A DNA stretch of 62,705 bases, the filler included, from Asterionella formosa (Eukaryota): the NCBI GenBank assembly GCA_002256025.1. It is 10 parts of 10 records of this genome, joined end to end, with 100 filler letters (N's around TTAATTAATTAA, not from the genome) between each part and the next. Parts side by side here need not be neighbours in the genome. Positions count along the whole stretch, not along the records: positions 25,169 to 31,349 come from NKIB01012795.1; positions 31,450 to 37,623 come from NKIB01012796.1; positions 37,724 to 43,895 come from NKIB01012797.1; 7 more parts are not named here. One strand, given 5' to 3'. Shown one piece after another: positions 25,832-39,029 of the stretch. The translations under genes and the position numbers were made by a program. Within the stretch, counting starts at the first letter, position 1; each line of letters starts with the position of its first letter. Below the pieces are notes generated by a model, which did no database searches, was not told where the DNA came from, and saw only the letters and a list, made by a program, of their open reading frames with translations.

Positions 25832-27519
25832 GTCATGGTACTAGTGGCTTGAGAATCCTTCATGTCATCTCAGCCTTGACCATGATGATAATACCAATAT
25901 CCACATGGAGCACTTGACATGTACAAATAGAATTTGGATGCCACAACCAACAACGTGTTTTGACCTCCAGACCGAAAATTTGTTTATAAAATTCTCTATC
26001 TCTCCTCCTTCGCTACTTGGCTGCTGAGAGAAATTTGGGCTATTATTTTTGGTGCAGCAGACTGAGATCTTGCTCAAATCAATGACTTGCTGGTAAGCAC
26101 GTCTTTCTGGGTGCCTGTATCCAAAATCAAAAATCACACATGCAAATGCTTACCAGCAAGCAAGTTGTTAGATTGAGAAAGTTTGTAAATCAGCTGCTCT
26201 GAGCAATCAAATTGCATATGTCACCATTGAAAAAATAGGATCTAGAAAATTCTCTGTAATTTGACAAAACCATGATGAAACATTTTTTATCTAAATAGAA
26301 ATGATGAACATGATATGCAAGCTGTGACCAGGGAGTAAGTTGCTTCTTACTGGTATGTGCATTTATAGGTTTTATTGATTACACTTCTTGGCTCATTGTT
26401 GTCTGTTGCTTTGTCATTCTTATACTTGTTATCATTCCTCTGCCACTACCTTTCGCATAGTACACTCAACATTGTTGGGCTACACAGAGGTAAATGCTAC
26501 ATTCGTGAATTGAAAATCTGCTGGATACTGACTGACATGACCTTGACAGAGTTAAGGCGAAATCTCGTCAATAGTCCGAACAACTCCTTGGAGTAGGTTG
26601 AGTGTTTGGTTTGCTGTGTTGCCATTCAAAAACTTCAACGAAGTCAACTCTTTATAAATCTGCGTTATTTGGCTGTGTTTGTGATTCCATGGAGAGCAAG
26701 TGAGTGGGAGAGGGCTTCGTCTGACAAATGGAAAAGGGAGAGGATGATGCGGCAGTGATTTTATTGAACCCAAGAAAGCAAGGAACCAGCAGGATTTGGG
26801 CAATTTCCAGGTGGCCAGATTGGGGCGGTGCTACTAAGGGTGGTGTTGCATCCAAAGTAAGTTCTTGTTGGTACCTTTGGTGGGATCAAAAATGGATTTT
26901 ACAGACAACAATCCACCAATAGGCCTACTATCCATTGGCCTTTCAAACTGACTAAAATGGAGGATGATTCATAGATGCTCTAAAAATATAGTGGCATTCC
27001 CGTTCATCATTCCAATACCCACTTATTGACTAGAAATTGTTGTTTGAGTATTGGCCTCAGTCATCCATGTATAAAATTAGCAATCAATTAACTAGAGGAA
27101 AAGATGGACAACAATATCCTCTAAGTATTCACTCCTCCTACTACACGTTTCCATACCCAACATACTGGAGGAAGAATTCTATTTTTACATATCATGTGCT
27201 CTCCACAGACGTTAAAACATAAATCAACTGAGACATAAATCAACCGTGACATAGAGCTACTGTGAAAGTGTCAACTCTGTTGATGACATTGTTGTTTTGA
27301 CTTGGGCATCTTTAAATTATATGAAAAAACACTTTGGCAACTTCAATTTTTGTTGTCAATATTAGTGGTACTAAAAAATATTTTTTATGATTATATTATC
27401 TATGCATGTTGTACTTGATATATATGTACCAAAAAGCAAAGCAGGCGTCTGTGAATAGATTTTCCATTAGATCTAACGTTTTACTCAGCATAAATTGAAA
27501 AACTGATTGATTATTCAAA

Positions 27520-27870
27520 TATTTTGACATGTTGATGATAATTTTGATATATCAACGGCTGTGTCTGTATGATCAATCAAATTGTTACATCAGGTTACTA
27601 GCATACACATGTTAGGTTATGCGTATATAAGAACTCATATATATCAAAAAACAAATCTAATTGGTTAGCCAAAATTGTTGATATATTGATCAAATGTTTT
27701 GTTATGTTGATGATAATTTTGATAAATCAATGACCGTGTCAGTGTGGTCAATCAAATTTGTTTGTCAGATTGTTTTCTTACACACGTCAGGTTACGCATA
27801 GTTAGAATTCATATATATAAGGTATCAAATTTAATATGCTAACCAAATGCTTTGATATATTGATACGTTG
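27520..27870 (+). repeat. Degenerate ~177-bp tandem duplication
   Basis: ATGTTGATGATAATTTTGATA...TCAATCAAATT...AGGTTA.GC.TA...AGAA.TCATATATAT occurs twice, about 177 bp apart. Confidence 0.7.
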
Positions 27871-30800
27871 TTCTTTGATCAATTATCAAAGGTTATGACT
27901 TTACACAGATGACCTTCTTACGTGTATGTAAACCTTGTACCTGACGATGCTATCAGAATGAATTCTGTGCAACAACGGTGCGTTCCTTGTTGCCATTCCG
28001 ATTTGAATGCTCTACCGGTACATGCTTTGATCCAATTCTTGTACCCGGTATTATTCGTCATTATCTCTCCATTCGCATATAGTAAGTAATCGAATTTCTT
28101 ACAAGCCATGTGCGTTTGTTGAACAATCCCTTATGAGCTACCTTCTTGCGGGGACAACGATGATCTCAGTCTTATAATGAATGATATGGTCTCGATATTG
28201 ATGGGTAATTATGCTGGCGAAGTTTGATTGTTTGTTTGTTACTCGAAATCAAAAGCTTTGGTCCATTTATATACAACAGAATTGGAGAACGATGCATTGA
28301 AGGCCATACCTGATTCCAATTCCAACCGAAATCAAGAAGATAGTACCTTTTGATCATAATTCGTCCATTGCGAACATCGATCCGTATTTCGAATCTGTTC
28401 ATCAAGATGAGATGAGTATCAAAGTGAAGATAGACCAGATGGCGGCGCAGTTTGTTGCTCATGGCCTTAATCATGGGTCTTCCATTCTCATTGACTAGCT
28501 ATTGGCGAGAACGTTTGTATGCTGCAGAATTAGAGCCGCGACATTACTAATCAGGAAGTAGCTTCATTTCATTCAGGAAATAGTAGCATCACATGAACCT
28601 TGAATAGCAGGGGGTTCGAAATAACAATTGTATCTTTGCTTAATAACATTGTACTTTCCCATTGTTTTAAGAAATCTCTTTATCAGCAACATCAGAGGCA
28701 CTACTAGTACTATATAGGACAGCCTAACCCCATTGCCACACTTATACTTTTCACAAAGTGACCGCTTTATATATATATATAGCTTAAAGGCAACCCTAGA
28801 CATGGTTGCCAATCCGGAAGAAGCAGTCCATGACTTGTCACCAAAGAGTTCCGAAATTGTAGGAGTGATTGGGAAAGTATATAAAGAACAGGTCGAGGAG
28901 AAAAGTGATTTGTCCCATTTATCCAGTAAGGAGTTGGAAATATTGAAACAGGATATGGTCGCCAGTCTGGATGTAGCTAATTCATGACTACTTACCAAAG
29001 ATTTCCGAAACTGTTGCAGTCACTGGGACAGTAATTGAGCAGGTCAAGGAGATAAGTGATTTATCCTGTAAGGATAAATAATTTTTGAAATTTATTCGAT
29101 GAAGGAATTCATAAATATTTACGCAAAAGAGCGAGGAGAAGTGAAGAAACACAGCAATTACTTGTATCGAAAAAATCGATAAAGGGAAAGGTAGCAGCTG
29201 CTGTTTCAGGATATGGCAACGAATTGGAATGTTTCAACAGTCACCTCTATAGATTTTCTCGGAAGTACAAAAAGATTTCGCCACATGTAAAAATGGATCG
29301 TCTTTTTCATCTGGAAGAAAAGATAAATTAAGGAAATCACACGTTCTTGTTCAATTCCATCGATATCATAAAAGAAGTTATCGGTTCACAGAAATGTTTT
29401 GATTAACCTTAATGAATCAGTGATGAAACATAGGAAATTGTCTATTTCTGCTGCATTTGGTGGCATATTGTTGTCTTTCTGATGTAGTTTAAAATCTCGA
29501 GGAATGTGAGTTTTTCATAAAATCATTGCTGGTACCATTTGATTCCGAAATTCCCTTGAAGTTTCAAATGATGTTTTGTTAAACAAGCCAGACTCTAGGA
29601 CCACATAGAATTTGTTGATAACAAAATCCAGGACACTGTCATCTAGTCTTGTCTCCTTGCCTTTGTCATCATGATCAAAGTATCTAACCAGTAAGAGTCA
29701 TTCCTTACTCTTCCGTTGTGTCTTGAACAGACATGAAATATGCCATAGAAACACGGCACGTTTTTCCTGATTGAAAAATCTGCGATCGTCGGTATCCCCT
29801 TCACAACCAAGATCGTCCCATTCCTTGTAGCACTCGGAACGTTTGACATTCCAGATAACAAGTGATATACTGCACTATCGATAGCGTGCAAATGTCATGT
29901 TGTCAAGAAAAACGTGACTGTAACAGAACAAGGAAGCAGAAAGGGATAATGGTTTGTCAACTATAGGATTAGACAGTGGGCGAGTGCTGGATCGGAAGCA
30001 ATGCAGCACCACCATACTCAGTGACTCAGTAATAAACATTAGATTGGTAGCGCAAAGCTACAGTTTCATAGTACCAGCTTAGTAATAGGTATAGTTTCAC
30101 AGTAGCCACGTCATGTTCCGACCGGGTATTGAAACAAGGGGAAGAAGGGAATGCTGGTAGGGCAAACCTACAGTTTCACAGTACCAGCGTAGTAATATGT
30201 ACAGTTTCACAGTACCAGGTATTCGAATTCCTGTTAAGTCTTGTATATTTTATCTAATCATACATACTGATAAGGTATTAAATGTTCCTTCGAAAAAGTT
30301 ACTAGACATACAGAGATGTATGTTATGCACACTTTTTGAAGAAGAGAAAATGTTGAGATATTGTCAAAAAATTCATGCTGGTAATGCATTCTATTCCACA
30401 TAACAAACTGATGAGGGAATGGTGATAGAGAGCCTTCTACCGGTATCAAAACAACCGGTGAGAAGAGGTAAGAAAATATATGATTGTTATGCTTCTCAAC
30501 TGTGGCTACCAAGAGGGCTTAAGATCGGTACCATGTGAGACCGGAAGCGAACTATAAAATTGTATCGCTGTTCGTGTGCGCTGCCAGCACTCAAAGTTTC
30601 TACACTTTCTTAGGACGAATGATTGAAATCAACCTAATTACGAGGTAAGAAACCGCACTTAATATGTTTGTACACAATCGTCTGTAAATAAAAAATATCA
30701 TGAAAATATGATCAAGGGTATCGTACGCTAAGTGGCACAGGATTTTCACGTACATGATAGTTTTTCGATCAAAAATATGATCAATGTATCATATAATTAT

Positions 30801-31094
30801 GATCATGCAGTAAACTTTTACCGAGCTTGAAGTATGATGAGACTATCATAGTTATAATACCATTGCATCATATAATTAGTTAAACATGGTCATATGATGT
30901 GTATACTTTTGTCATACATCTATCTTAGCATGATCGTAATTCTCATCGATATCACTGGTTCTATGATTCTATATCTTAAGTGGCTACAGAATGTTCTTCA
31001 ATGCTCTCATCGCAATGATTGTTGGTGCCGCTTTCACTTCCACCTTCCCCCCAATCCAATTCTGAAGGTTGTTGTACTGGTTGCCTTGCCGTTC

Positions 31095-31349
31095 ATCTAA
31101 GACGCGAAATACGCCACTTTTCGAAATTTCGTCTACGTATGAGTGTTAATTATGTGGTACTTCACATGCATTAATGCCACTCTTCACGTAAAAAAGATTA
31201 CTTTTAACGGTTTCATGTGAAGTTTTAACTGTTTCATGTGAAGTTTTCACAATGAATTTTGAACGCGAGACTGAATTAGTTGATGTTTCAAATAATTCAT
31301 TTGACTTTTCGAAATTTCGTTTACGTACGAGTGTTAATTATGTGGTACT
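31095..31349 (+). repeat. Dispersed repeat family with a 188-bp internal tandem unit (possible non-autonomous Helitron 5' end)
   Basis: Near-identical to 37153 onward, and both begin at A|TCTAAGACGCGAAATACGCC. The unit restarts 188 bp later (31116, 31304). Confidence 0.8.
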
Positions 31350-31514
31350 NNNNNNNNNNNNNNNNNNNNNNNNNNNNNNNNNNNNNNNNNNNNTTAATTA
31401 ATTAANNNNNNNNNNNNNNNNNNNNNNNNNNNNNNNNNNNNNNNNNNNNAACTTGCCAGCAGTGCCTCTCTTGTTGACGTTGAAGCAGAAGAAACAGCCC
31501 AATGTCAACGTCAA

Positions 31515-32000
31515 GTGAAGACTGCTTTGTTAATATTTTTGGTAATTGACATCTTCGTTTCCATCCCAATTCAGCTAAAAAAAACATCACTCAAAACATT
31601 GGCTCCATCAGAAACTCCATCAGTAAGCCCATCTCAAAGTTTGTTTGGATTCTTGGCTGAACATTCATTTGATAACGGAACAGCACTTTCAACTACTGGC
31701 TCCTCACAAAAAGGGCACTTACAAGGTTGGAGAAGCAAGTCGACACTTTATAATAGTTCCACAGACTATGTTGTTTTGCAATTCTATGTGCTGGCGGTGT
31801 TCAATTATGCGACTGGTGATCTCCTTTCAGGCGAATCATGGTTGCATGATAATGGAACTGCTTCTGAATATAATTTTTGTGATTGGGATAACACTGATTG
31901 CAACGACGGTAGGATAGACATCACAGCTTTGTCCCCTTTGGGATCTCAACTTTTTGGATCCCTAACACCGGAGATTGCTTGCTGTCTCATTATTCCTTGA
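31515..32000 (+). pseudogene. Fragment of a diatom-type membrane LRR protein (TM + PS-rich linker + LRR N-cap)
   Basis: Hydrophobic stretch, APSETPSVSPSQ, LQFYVLAVFNYATG...W...FCDWDNTDC...QLFGSLTPEI. No LRR array follows. Confidence 0.55.
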
Positions 32001-33023
32001 AATCGACCCTGTCACATGCGGCTGATTGCTGATTATTTCTTCCTTCATTCAGTTCGATGCCCCCCTCCCCATCATCCGCTGTGCTTACAAGAGGAACGAC
32101 AGGACATAAGTGCAAATAACAATCAACAGCTACAACGATGATGATGGTCTTGCCGAAGTTATGACATCATGATTTTGGACAACTTACCATTTCCTCAATT
32201 GTATACTTTCTTCGATAATGAGCCAGAGACTTCATCCCTGAAATCGCTTCCGATGCCAGAAATTCTATGCTTTGACGAAGTTACATTTTCATCAAAAAAG
32301 CTAATATATTGCAAACTTACGTCATGAATCGAAATATGGGCCATAGTATTTTGCTATGTAAATAGTAAAAACTTGATCACTATAACTTTCTCCTAATATG
32401 ACATATTATGTTGTGGAGGGAAAATGGGCTGGCTAACAATATTCTCAGTGGCAATACCGGATAATAAAGGTTAAAATGTAAAACGTAAACTAAAATTATG
32501 ATATAAACTGTGAAAAATGGAAATGATCTCCAATGGTCAATCCATTCCTCTCTTCCTGTAAATAGTGCATACGTAATCCTTTTTCTCAAATTCTCAGGAT
32601 CGGAACATATCCAGCTGTTCTGATCCTCCTCTATATATAATAAACCCCTAATACTGTGTAGACCAAGACGACGGGGATACGACAGGTACCTGGTACCAGT
32701 ACATGGTACTCACTCATCACTTTCTCCGAGGAAGCATGTCTGATTTGTTGCTGTTGCGAATACATTTTATATATGGACTTGTTTCATTCCGGCGACCCCC
32801 AGATGGTGACGGTGTGCTATTCATCTCCATATCCATGTCCATACAAGCATCGCTCACCATGTATGTATCATAACCAGGGAAACATCCATAAAGAAGAGTG
32901 TAAACGTAAATTCCAACTAACAGTTTAACAAAAACATACCCTACTTATTGATAATCAAGACATAACAGTTCCGTAATTACAATATTATAAACTAAATGAT
33001 CCTCCTAATTATTACCATGATGA

Positions 33024-33760
33024 TCATTTCCCACAATGGGTCAAATTGCGAATTGCTGCTTTACCTTTTTCTTGAACACCAGCATTGGATGAGTAATTTC
33101 GCATAGCAGACTCAATTGTGGCTTTTCCACCAGCATTGGATATTGTCACCCTGTTGTTTTCATTCAAAGCCAAGTTCACAAGTGCTCCACAACTATTCTC
33201 TTGCACATTAGCATTGGATGAATGCTTCTTCATTGCAGACAGAATGGTAGTGATACCTCCTGCTTCAGCAATCGTCACCCTGTTGTCTTCATTCAAAGCC
33301 AAGTCCCAAAGTTCTAACAACATTTTATTTGAATGTCAGCATTCTGTTCATTCATTTGCATCCTTGAAAGAATTGCAGCAATCGCATTGCGGTTCTTGTT
33401 TGCATCAATGAGTTTGGTTGTATCATTTAGTAAATTGTCACCAATTGAATTAAAAGAGAGATGAAGTGTAGTCAAGACAGTATTGACCTTGAGAGCCTCT
33501 GCAATGGCCTTGGCTCCGTCAACACCAATTGAATCACCTTGGAGAGAAAGTTTAGTCAAGACAGTATTGTCCTTGAGAGCCTCTGCAATGGCCTTGGCTC
33601 CGTCATCACCAATTGAATTACCACCGAGAATAAGTCTAGTCAAGACAGTATTGACCTTGAGAGACTCTGCAATTGCCTTGGCTCCATCATCATCAATTGA
33701 ATTATTAGAGAGTTCAAGTTCAGTCAAACTTGGATCATTCTGTGAGAATATTCGAAGTTC
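33024..33760 (-). pseudogene. RNI/NLRC3-like LRR repeats fused to armadillo repeats, frameshifted near 33318
   Basis: 28-aa repeats NSIGDDGAKAIAEALKxNTVLTxLxL in 33314-33727. ARM repeats NRVTIAEAGGITTILSAMKKHSSNANVQENSCGALVNLA continue in an adjacent frame (33024-33323). Confidence 0.75.
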
Positions 33761-34255
33761 CTACGGGTGAATAGTCTTACGATCCCGGTTTGAAAGTATC
33801 TGATGGGTTTCCGGGTTTGTTTTCGGTTGTTGTTGGATTCGATTTGTAACTTGCTTCAGATGCCGATGCCGTTTCCATCAAAGCTGCTGGGTCCTCCTTG
33901 ACAATGTTTGGTGGCGATATCAGTATCGATTTGAGAGGTGGTATGGGCGATGTTACAGGTGTCATTCATGCATATTCGAATGTTCCCGGTCTTCTCTTGT
34001 TGCCGTTTTGTGAGTGATCCAACTGATGGTTGATGAGTTACCTTTTGTGGAAATGACGATACTATCTCATTTAACTAAAATAGATTCGTTCGATATTGAT
34101 CCTGTCTTATTGGTTATTAAACTACGTTTATTTGTATTTGATATTCGGTGCTTTCCCTCACGCTTCCCCTGCGCTTACAACGACAAAACGTCGTCTCCAG
34201 ATTTACTTCTAACATTCTTCGTCGATCTCCTCGACTTCGCGGACTCGCTCCCAAC

Positions 34256-35521
34256 ATGGCTCAAGCAATCAATGCCCCTGCGGCCTTCGTCTTTGCACTC
34301 ACGCCGGCTCTTGCCAACCCCGATCCTGTGGATTACAACTCCAACGAAGGGATGAAACTGTACAAGTCTGCTACTGAGAAACTCAACCATACCTTCGATG
34401 GTGAAACAGGAAGTCTCCGCCTCTTTCTTCAAGCCTTGCAGCAGAGAGTGGATGCGTTCGGGTGGGCATCCATCCTTACTGTCCCCGATGACCAGAACAT
34501 TGGGAGGAACCTGATTACTGAATATGGGAGAGTGTCTATGGCAAATGTAGTGGCTCACGCAGCCGCACATGTGCATACGCATACGCGTGACGCACAGAAC
34601 AGTGTACAACTATTTACGTGCATCTATGATTCTTTATCACTTGAGGCACTACTAAAAGTCTCCACGGACTCCGCTGCGTACAGACTGGTATCACCTACTG
34701 ACCACACCTTTGTGGTAGCCAGTGGAGCGGCATTCTTGAAACTCCTCATCACAAGGTGCACCGTGGATACCAGGTGTACTGTGGCGACAATTCGACAAAC
34801 ACTAAGTGCATTGGACCAATACATGCTGTCCGTAAAATGCGATATTGAAACGTTCAACCTACATGTTCGTGTCCAGCGTGATGCCCTCATGTCCCGCGGT
34901 GAAACCTCCTCTGACCTTTTAACTAACTTGTTTATGGCCTATGAGGCTGTTGAAGACAAGGTTTTCCATGACTACATGGTAGGGCAGCAGGATCAGTATC
35001 ATGATGGGAGAGTCGATTTTTGCGTGGACTCCCTAATGGATTTGGCTCTAAATAAGTTTAAGATGCTTGTTGAGTCCAAGAGGTGGAATTTGCCCTCTGT
35101 CCAGGATGCCAAGTTGGAGGCCCAAATTGTCGCCTTCACGGCCAAATTAGAGTATTTCAAGGCAAACAAGTCACTTAAGGAGGTTAAAAATGATAAAAGG
35201 GAGAAAGCTCGCAAAGCCAAATTGTCCAAGAAGTGGGCATGGAAGCTTGTGCCACCTAAGGAAGATGACCCGAAGACCAAGACGGTAGACACCAAAGAGT
35301 ATCATTGGTGCTCTAATCACGCCTCCTGGACGGTGCACACCGCCAAGGAGTGTAACATGAGCCCACAGGGCATGTCTTCTCCAGTGAAGATCCCAAAGAA
35401 GCCCAAAGACAAATCTGCCGAGGCCATCGCCCTCTCTACTTCCCTGGCCAGCATCATGGAAGGAAATGATGACGATGATGATTCTAATCAAGGTGGAGAG
35501 GATATGTCAGTTACCGGCTAG
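34256..35521 (+). mobile_element. Intact gag-like ORF of a diatom Copia (CoDi-type) retrotransposon; no pol downstream
   Basis: FALTPALA...GMKLYKSAT...FDG...NLITEYG...AQNSVQLFTCIYDSL...RGETSSDLLTNLF, with a C-terminal WAWKLVPP...YHWCSNHASWTVHTAKEC Cys/His knuckle. A possible short LTR TGTT...AACA lies at ~33998-34214. Confidence 0.75.
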
Positions 35522-37152
35522 GAAGGTGGCCGGGGAAGATCTTGCATATTGGGGGCGGACCTTGAAACAATTACCTCTATGATCCATTATATAATTCATC
35601 TACTTCATCCAAGTGATGTAAAGGTTATATTTGATCTGGATGAGAACCCAGAAAAGGGTAATAACAATCTATATATATACCAAGGTGATTGTCATCCACT
35701 TCATCACGAAAGAAACTATGTGCTGATTGTGTATTGCAAAAGATGAGATGAGGAGGAAAACAATCATTTTGTGCATTATCTTTTTGCTATAAATGAGCGA
35801 TCGATTATGTCAAGTCCGTGACCCAGGAAAAGATGCAAGTGTGGATGAACATTATGATCAAGTATTTCACCTTGCCCATAAGTACTGCATCATCCCAGGA
35901 TGCAGAATAGATTTGGAATTGATATGCACCAATACAGGATATCTTCCACAAGAATCCCATATACCTGAAGAAATTGGGTTCTCGGAATCTTTCTATACTG
36001 GCACCAAAGCACCATTGCAGATTAGTATGGTCAAGATGACAGTGGATGGTCATGTGGACCTTTTACAATTGTGAAAGTGTTGGAAACTCTATTGCAATTA
36101 GAAAGGAATGGCAAAACCAAATTTCTTGGCAAACGGGCACATTTCCGTTTGAAGACTGATTCCTGGAAAGTTTTAAAACGTCAGGTGGTAGCAACAGATC
36201 GAACAGACGATTTCTTATCCATTACATCTGACCCACCAACCAAGTCAACATACTTTCATCTTGGAACAGTTTGGCCTAAAGTGACAACGACAAGCAAATT
36301 CTCGTGAGGATATCATGTTTCAGTTGGATATAACTGTTCTTCAATTTTGTATCGACAAAATTTTGACATCCTATTTAGATTTATAAATGTTGAACAAAGT
36401 ATTTGGACGAGTTCCTTGCAACTCTACTTTCAAAAAGAATAAAGTTGTAAATTTGCTCCCTTCAAATGGTATAATCATGCACCTCTTGGTCTAATTTCTG
36501 GATGCATCAAAATTGACAAAAAGTTGAAAGAAAATTTTGTATCTGATGAGAGCCCTTCTGGAATCAAATTGAAAAAGTTTACAGACTCATATCGAACTGC
36601 AGTTGAAAAGTGGAGAAGCAAAATTTCGGACGAAACGAGAAGGACCATCTTAGGTTCTTTGGGAAAGAAAAATAAGAAATAATGGAGCATTGGATAATCA
36701 TTTTTTAGGAAATTGTAGTTGGTGAAAACCTCATAATAACCAATTTAGTATGCAAAACTATATTGGTACCCTTATCATTTATATTATTCTTACATATTTA
36801 TCTACGTTAGCTTGTTAGTTTTTGGTCCCACCCGATTGATTTCCATAAATTACATGGAGGCATGGCAACATAAAAATAATCATTCCGTATCTGTTCCAAA
36901 ACTTCTTGCGGTTTCAGAGATTTCCTTGATTCCTGTGGTTTCAAAGCAGGAACAACAAATGCTGCCAAAAGTATGTTATGAAATTCAACAACGCTCAATT
37001 CAGATGTATCATTGCATAAGGTGTCTCCTCTTACAAAAACATACATTTATGAATTTTCATTTCAGTTGAACTTTTCAAGGAACGAATACACGCTAAGAGA
37101 ATGGTTGCCTTTGAATCATTATTCCATTTCGGATGGCATCTGAAAATAGTAC

Positions 37153-37623
37153 ATCTAAGACGCGAAATACGCCACTTTTCGAAATTTCGTCTACGTATGA
37201 GTGTTAATTATGTGGTACTTCACATGCATTAATACCACTCTTCACGTAAAAAAGATTACTTTTAACGGTTTTATGTGAAGTTTTAACTGCTTCATGTGAA
37301 GTTTTCACAATGAATTTTGAACGCGAGACTGAATTAGTTGATGTTTCTAATAATTCATTTGACTTTTCGAAATTTCGTCTACGTACAAGTGTTAATTATG
37401 TGGTACTTCACATGCATTAATGCCACTCTTCACGTAAAAAGGTTACTTTTAACGGTTTCATATAAAGTTTTAACGGTTTCATGTGAAGTTTTAACGGTTT
37501 CATGTGAAGTTTTCACAATGAATTTTGAACGCGAGACTGAATTAGTTGATGTTTCAAATAATTCATTTGAAAGTTCAACTAAGATCCTGCTTTTGAGGCT
37601 AATACATTCACAACACGCATTTT
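37153..37623 (+). repeat. Second copy of the 188-bp-unit repeat family (2+ units with 21-bp subrepeats)
   Basis: Units start at 37174 and 37362. The 21-bp subrepeat TTTAACGGTTTCATGTGAAGT varies in copy number. The 3' part matches 62459-62577. Confidence 0.85.
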
Positions 37624-39029
37624 NNNNNNNNNNNNNNNNNNNNNNNNNNNNNNNNNNNNNNNNNNNNTTAATTAATTAANNNNNNNNNNNNNNNNNNNNN
37701 NNNNNNNNNNNNNNNNNNNNNNNAGTGGTAAAACAACTTGCCGACCTACGAGTGGTGGATGGTGTGCTTCATAAAGTTGGACATAGTCCCAGATACTCAT
37801 TCAGAAGGTTGATGTAGGAACTTTATGTACAAGAAAAGAGCAAAAATGTACATTTAAAATTGAGCGCTAACTAGACTGAAACGCGTTCGGCAATACCTAG
37901 AAAGGGAGTTAAATTAAAAAGTTCTTCTTTACAGCAAAAATGCCAATTGCCCAATCAACTTGGAGCATGGATCCACACACGTCGCTATTTGCATGTTTCG
38001 CTAGCAATCCATCAATTTCATTCCTGAAACAAGGTAATCCAAACCCAACCTAGGAATCGTAACTATCCCAAAAAAGGGGCTACGAAGCTTTAAAAAAAAT
38101 CTACGGGGGATAACTGCCACTTCTCTTCAGGTATGGACTCAATATAGATCATACCCCTAATTCGAGCAATGACTGTATATGTATAAGCATATGCAAAGTG
38201 GTAGTATTGTTGAAAGCTAATTTTTCCTTTAACTATTTAATTTTTGCTAGTTGTGCGTACTACCGGTATGTAGATTGAAGTACATCATTATATTATTTGA
38301 AAAAAACAGACCTCGCGATGTGTACCTTCGGTGCGGCAATGTTCAAACCGGTATTTGTACATTTGGCTTTCATGTCTGTTGAGAAAAACAGGTCAAAAGG
38401 TAGCTGTGGTTGCCGGGTTTATGGTTTAATCAGATTAACCCTGTTGAGCTGGCAAGAATGCATTTTTGTCACTTATGGCACATTTAAGCTATTTTGATTT
38501 TTTAGTGATTCTTTGTTAATCATTTGGTGTCTTTTGTCAATGGTGGCGAAGGTAGCAGCATGCATGGTGGTGATGTTCTGAAGAGGGCACATGAGGATTT
38601 GCAAGTGGGTGTTGTCAATCCAAAGTTGAACATCTTGTAGCCGGAATAGATAGGTAAAACCATCATTTATATAGCACTTTAAGAATACCCCATATAGCGC
38701 TTCTTGGTATGACAGGCATGGGCATCTATGAATGAAAATAGTGTTAGGTCTAAGACTTTTTCTTTATAATTGACTGTCCCAAAATTACCGCAATATAAAG
38801 TTGTTTTATTTATCATAAACGTAAAGTTATTTATCAATAACATTTTGCCCATTTGATCATAAACATATACATAATCGATCACGTTCATTTATAAAATCTT
38901 ATAGATTTCTCATGTTGCATCAAGAGGTGAAGCGGCACCTATGCAATATGGTGTTTATTATATTTATATATCAAATATCAAGTGCTATTATAACTCAAAT
39001 GTATGTGTTCACTCTGGATATATGGACCA

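Noticed and set aside
33760..33779. 20-nt GTAAG...TAG micro-intron joining the 33965 ORF to the LRR frame
   Set aside because: It is far shorter than the other introns here, and splicing it does not restore the LRR frame.
37338..37679. 113-aa ORF with repeated VLTVSCE
   Set aside because: It is a translation of the 21-bp DNA subrepeat in a non-coding repeat family.
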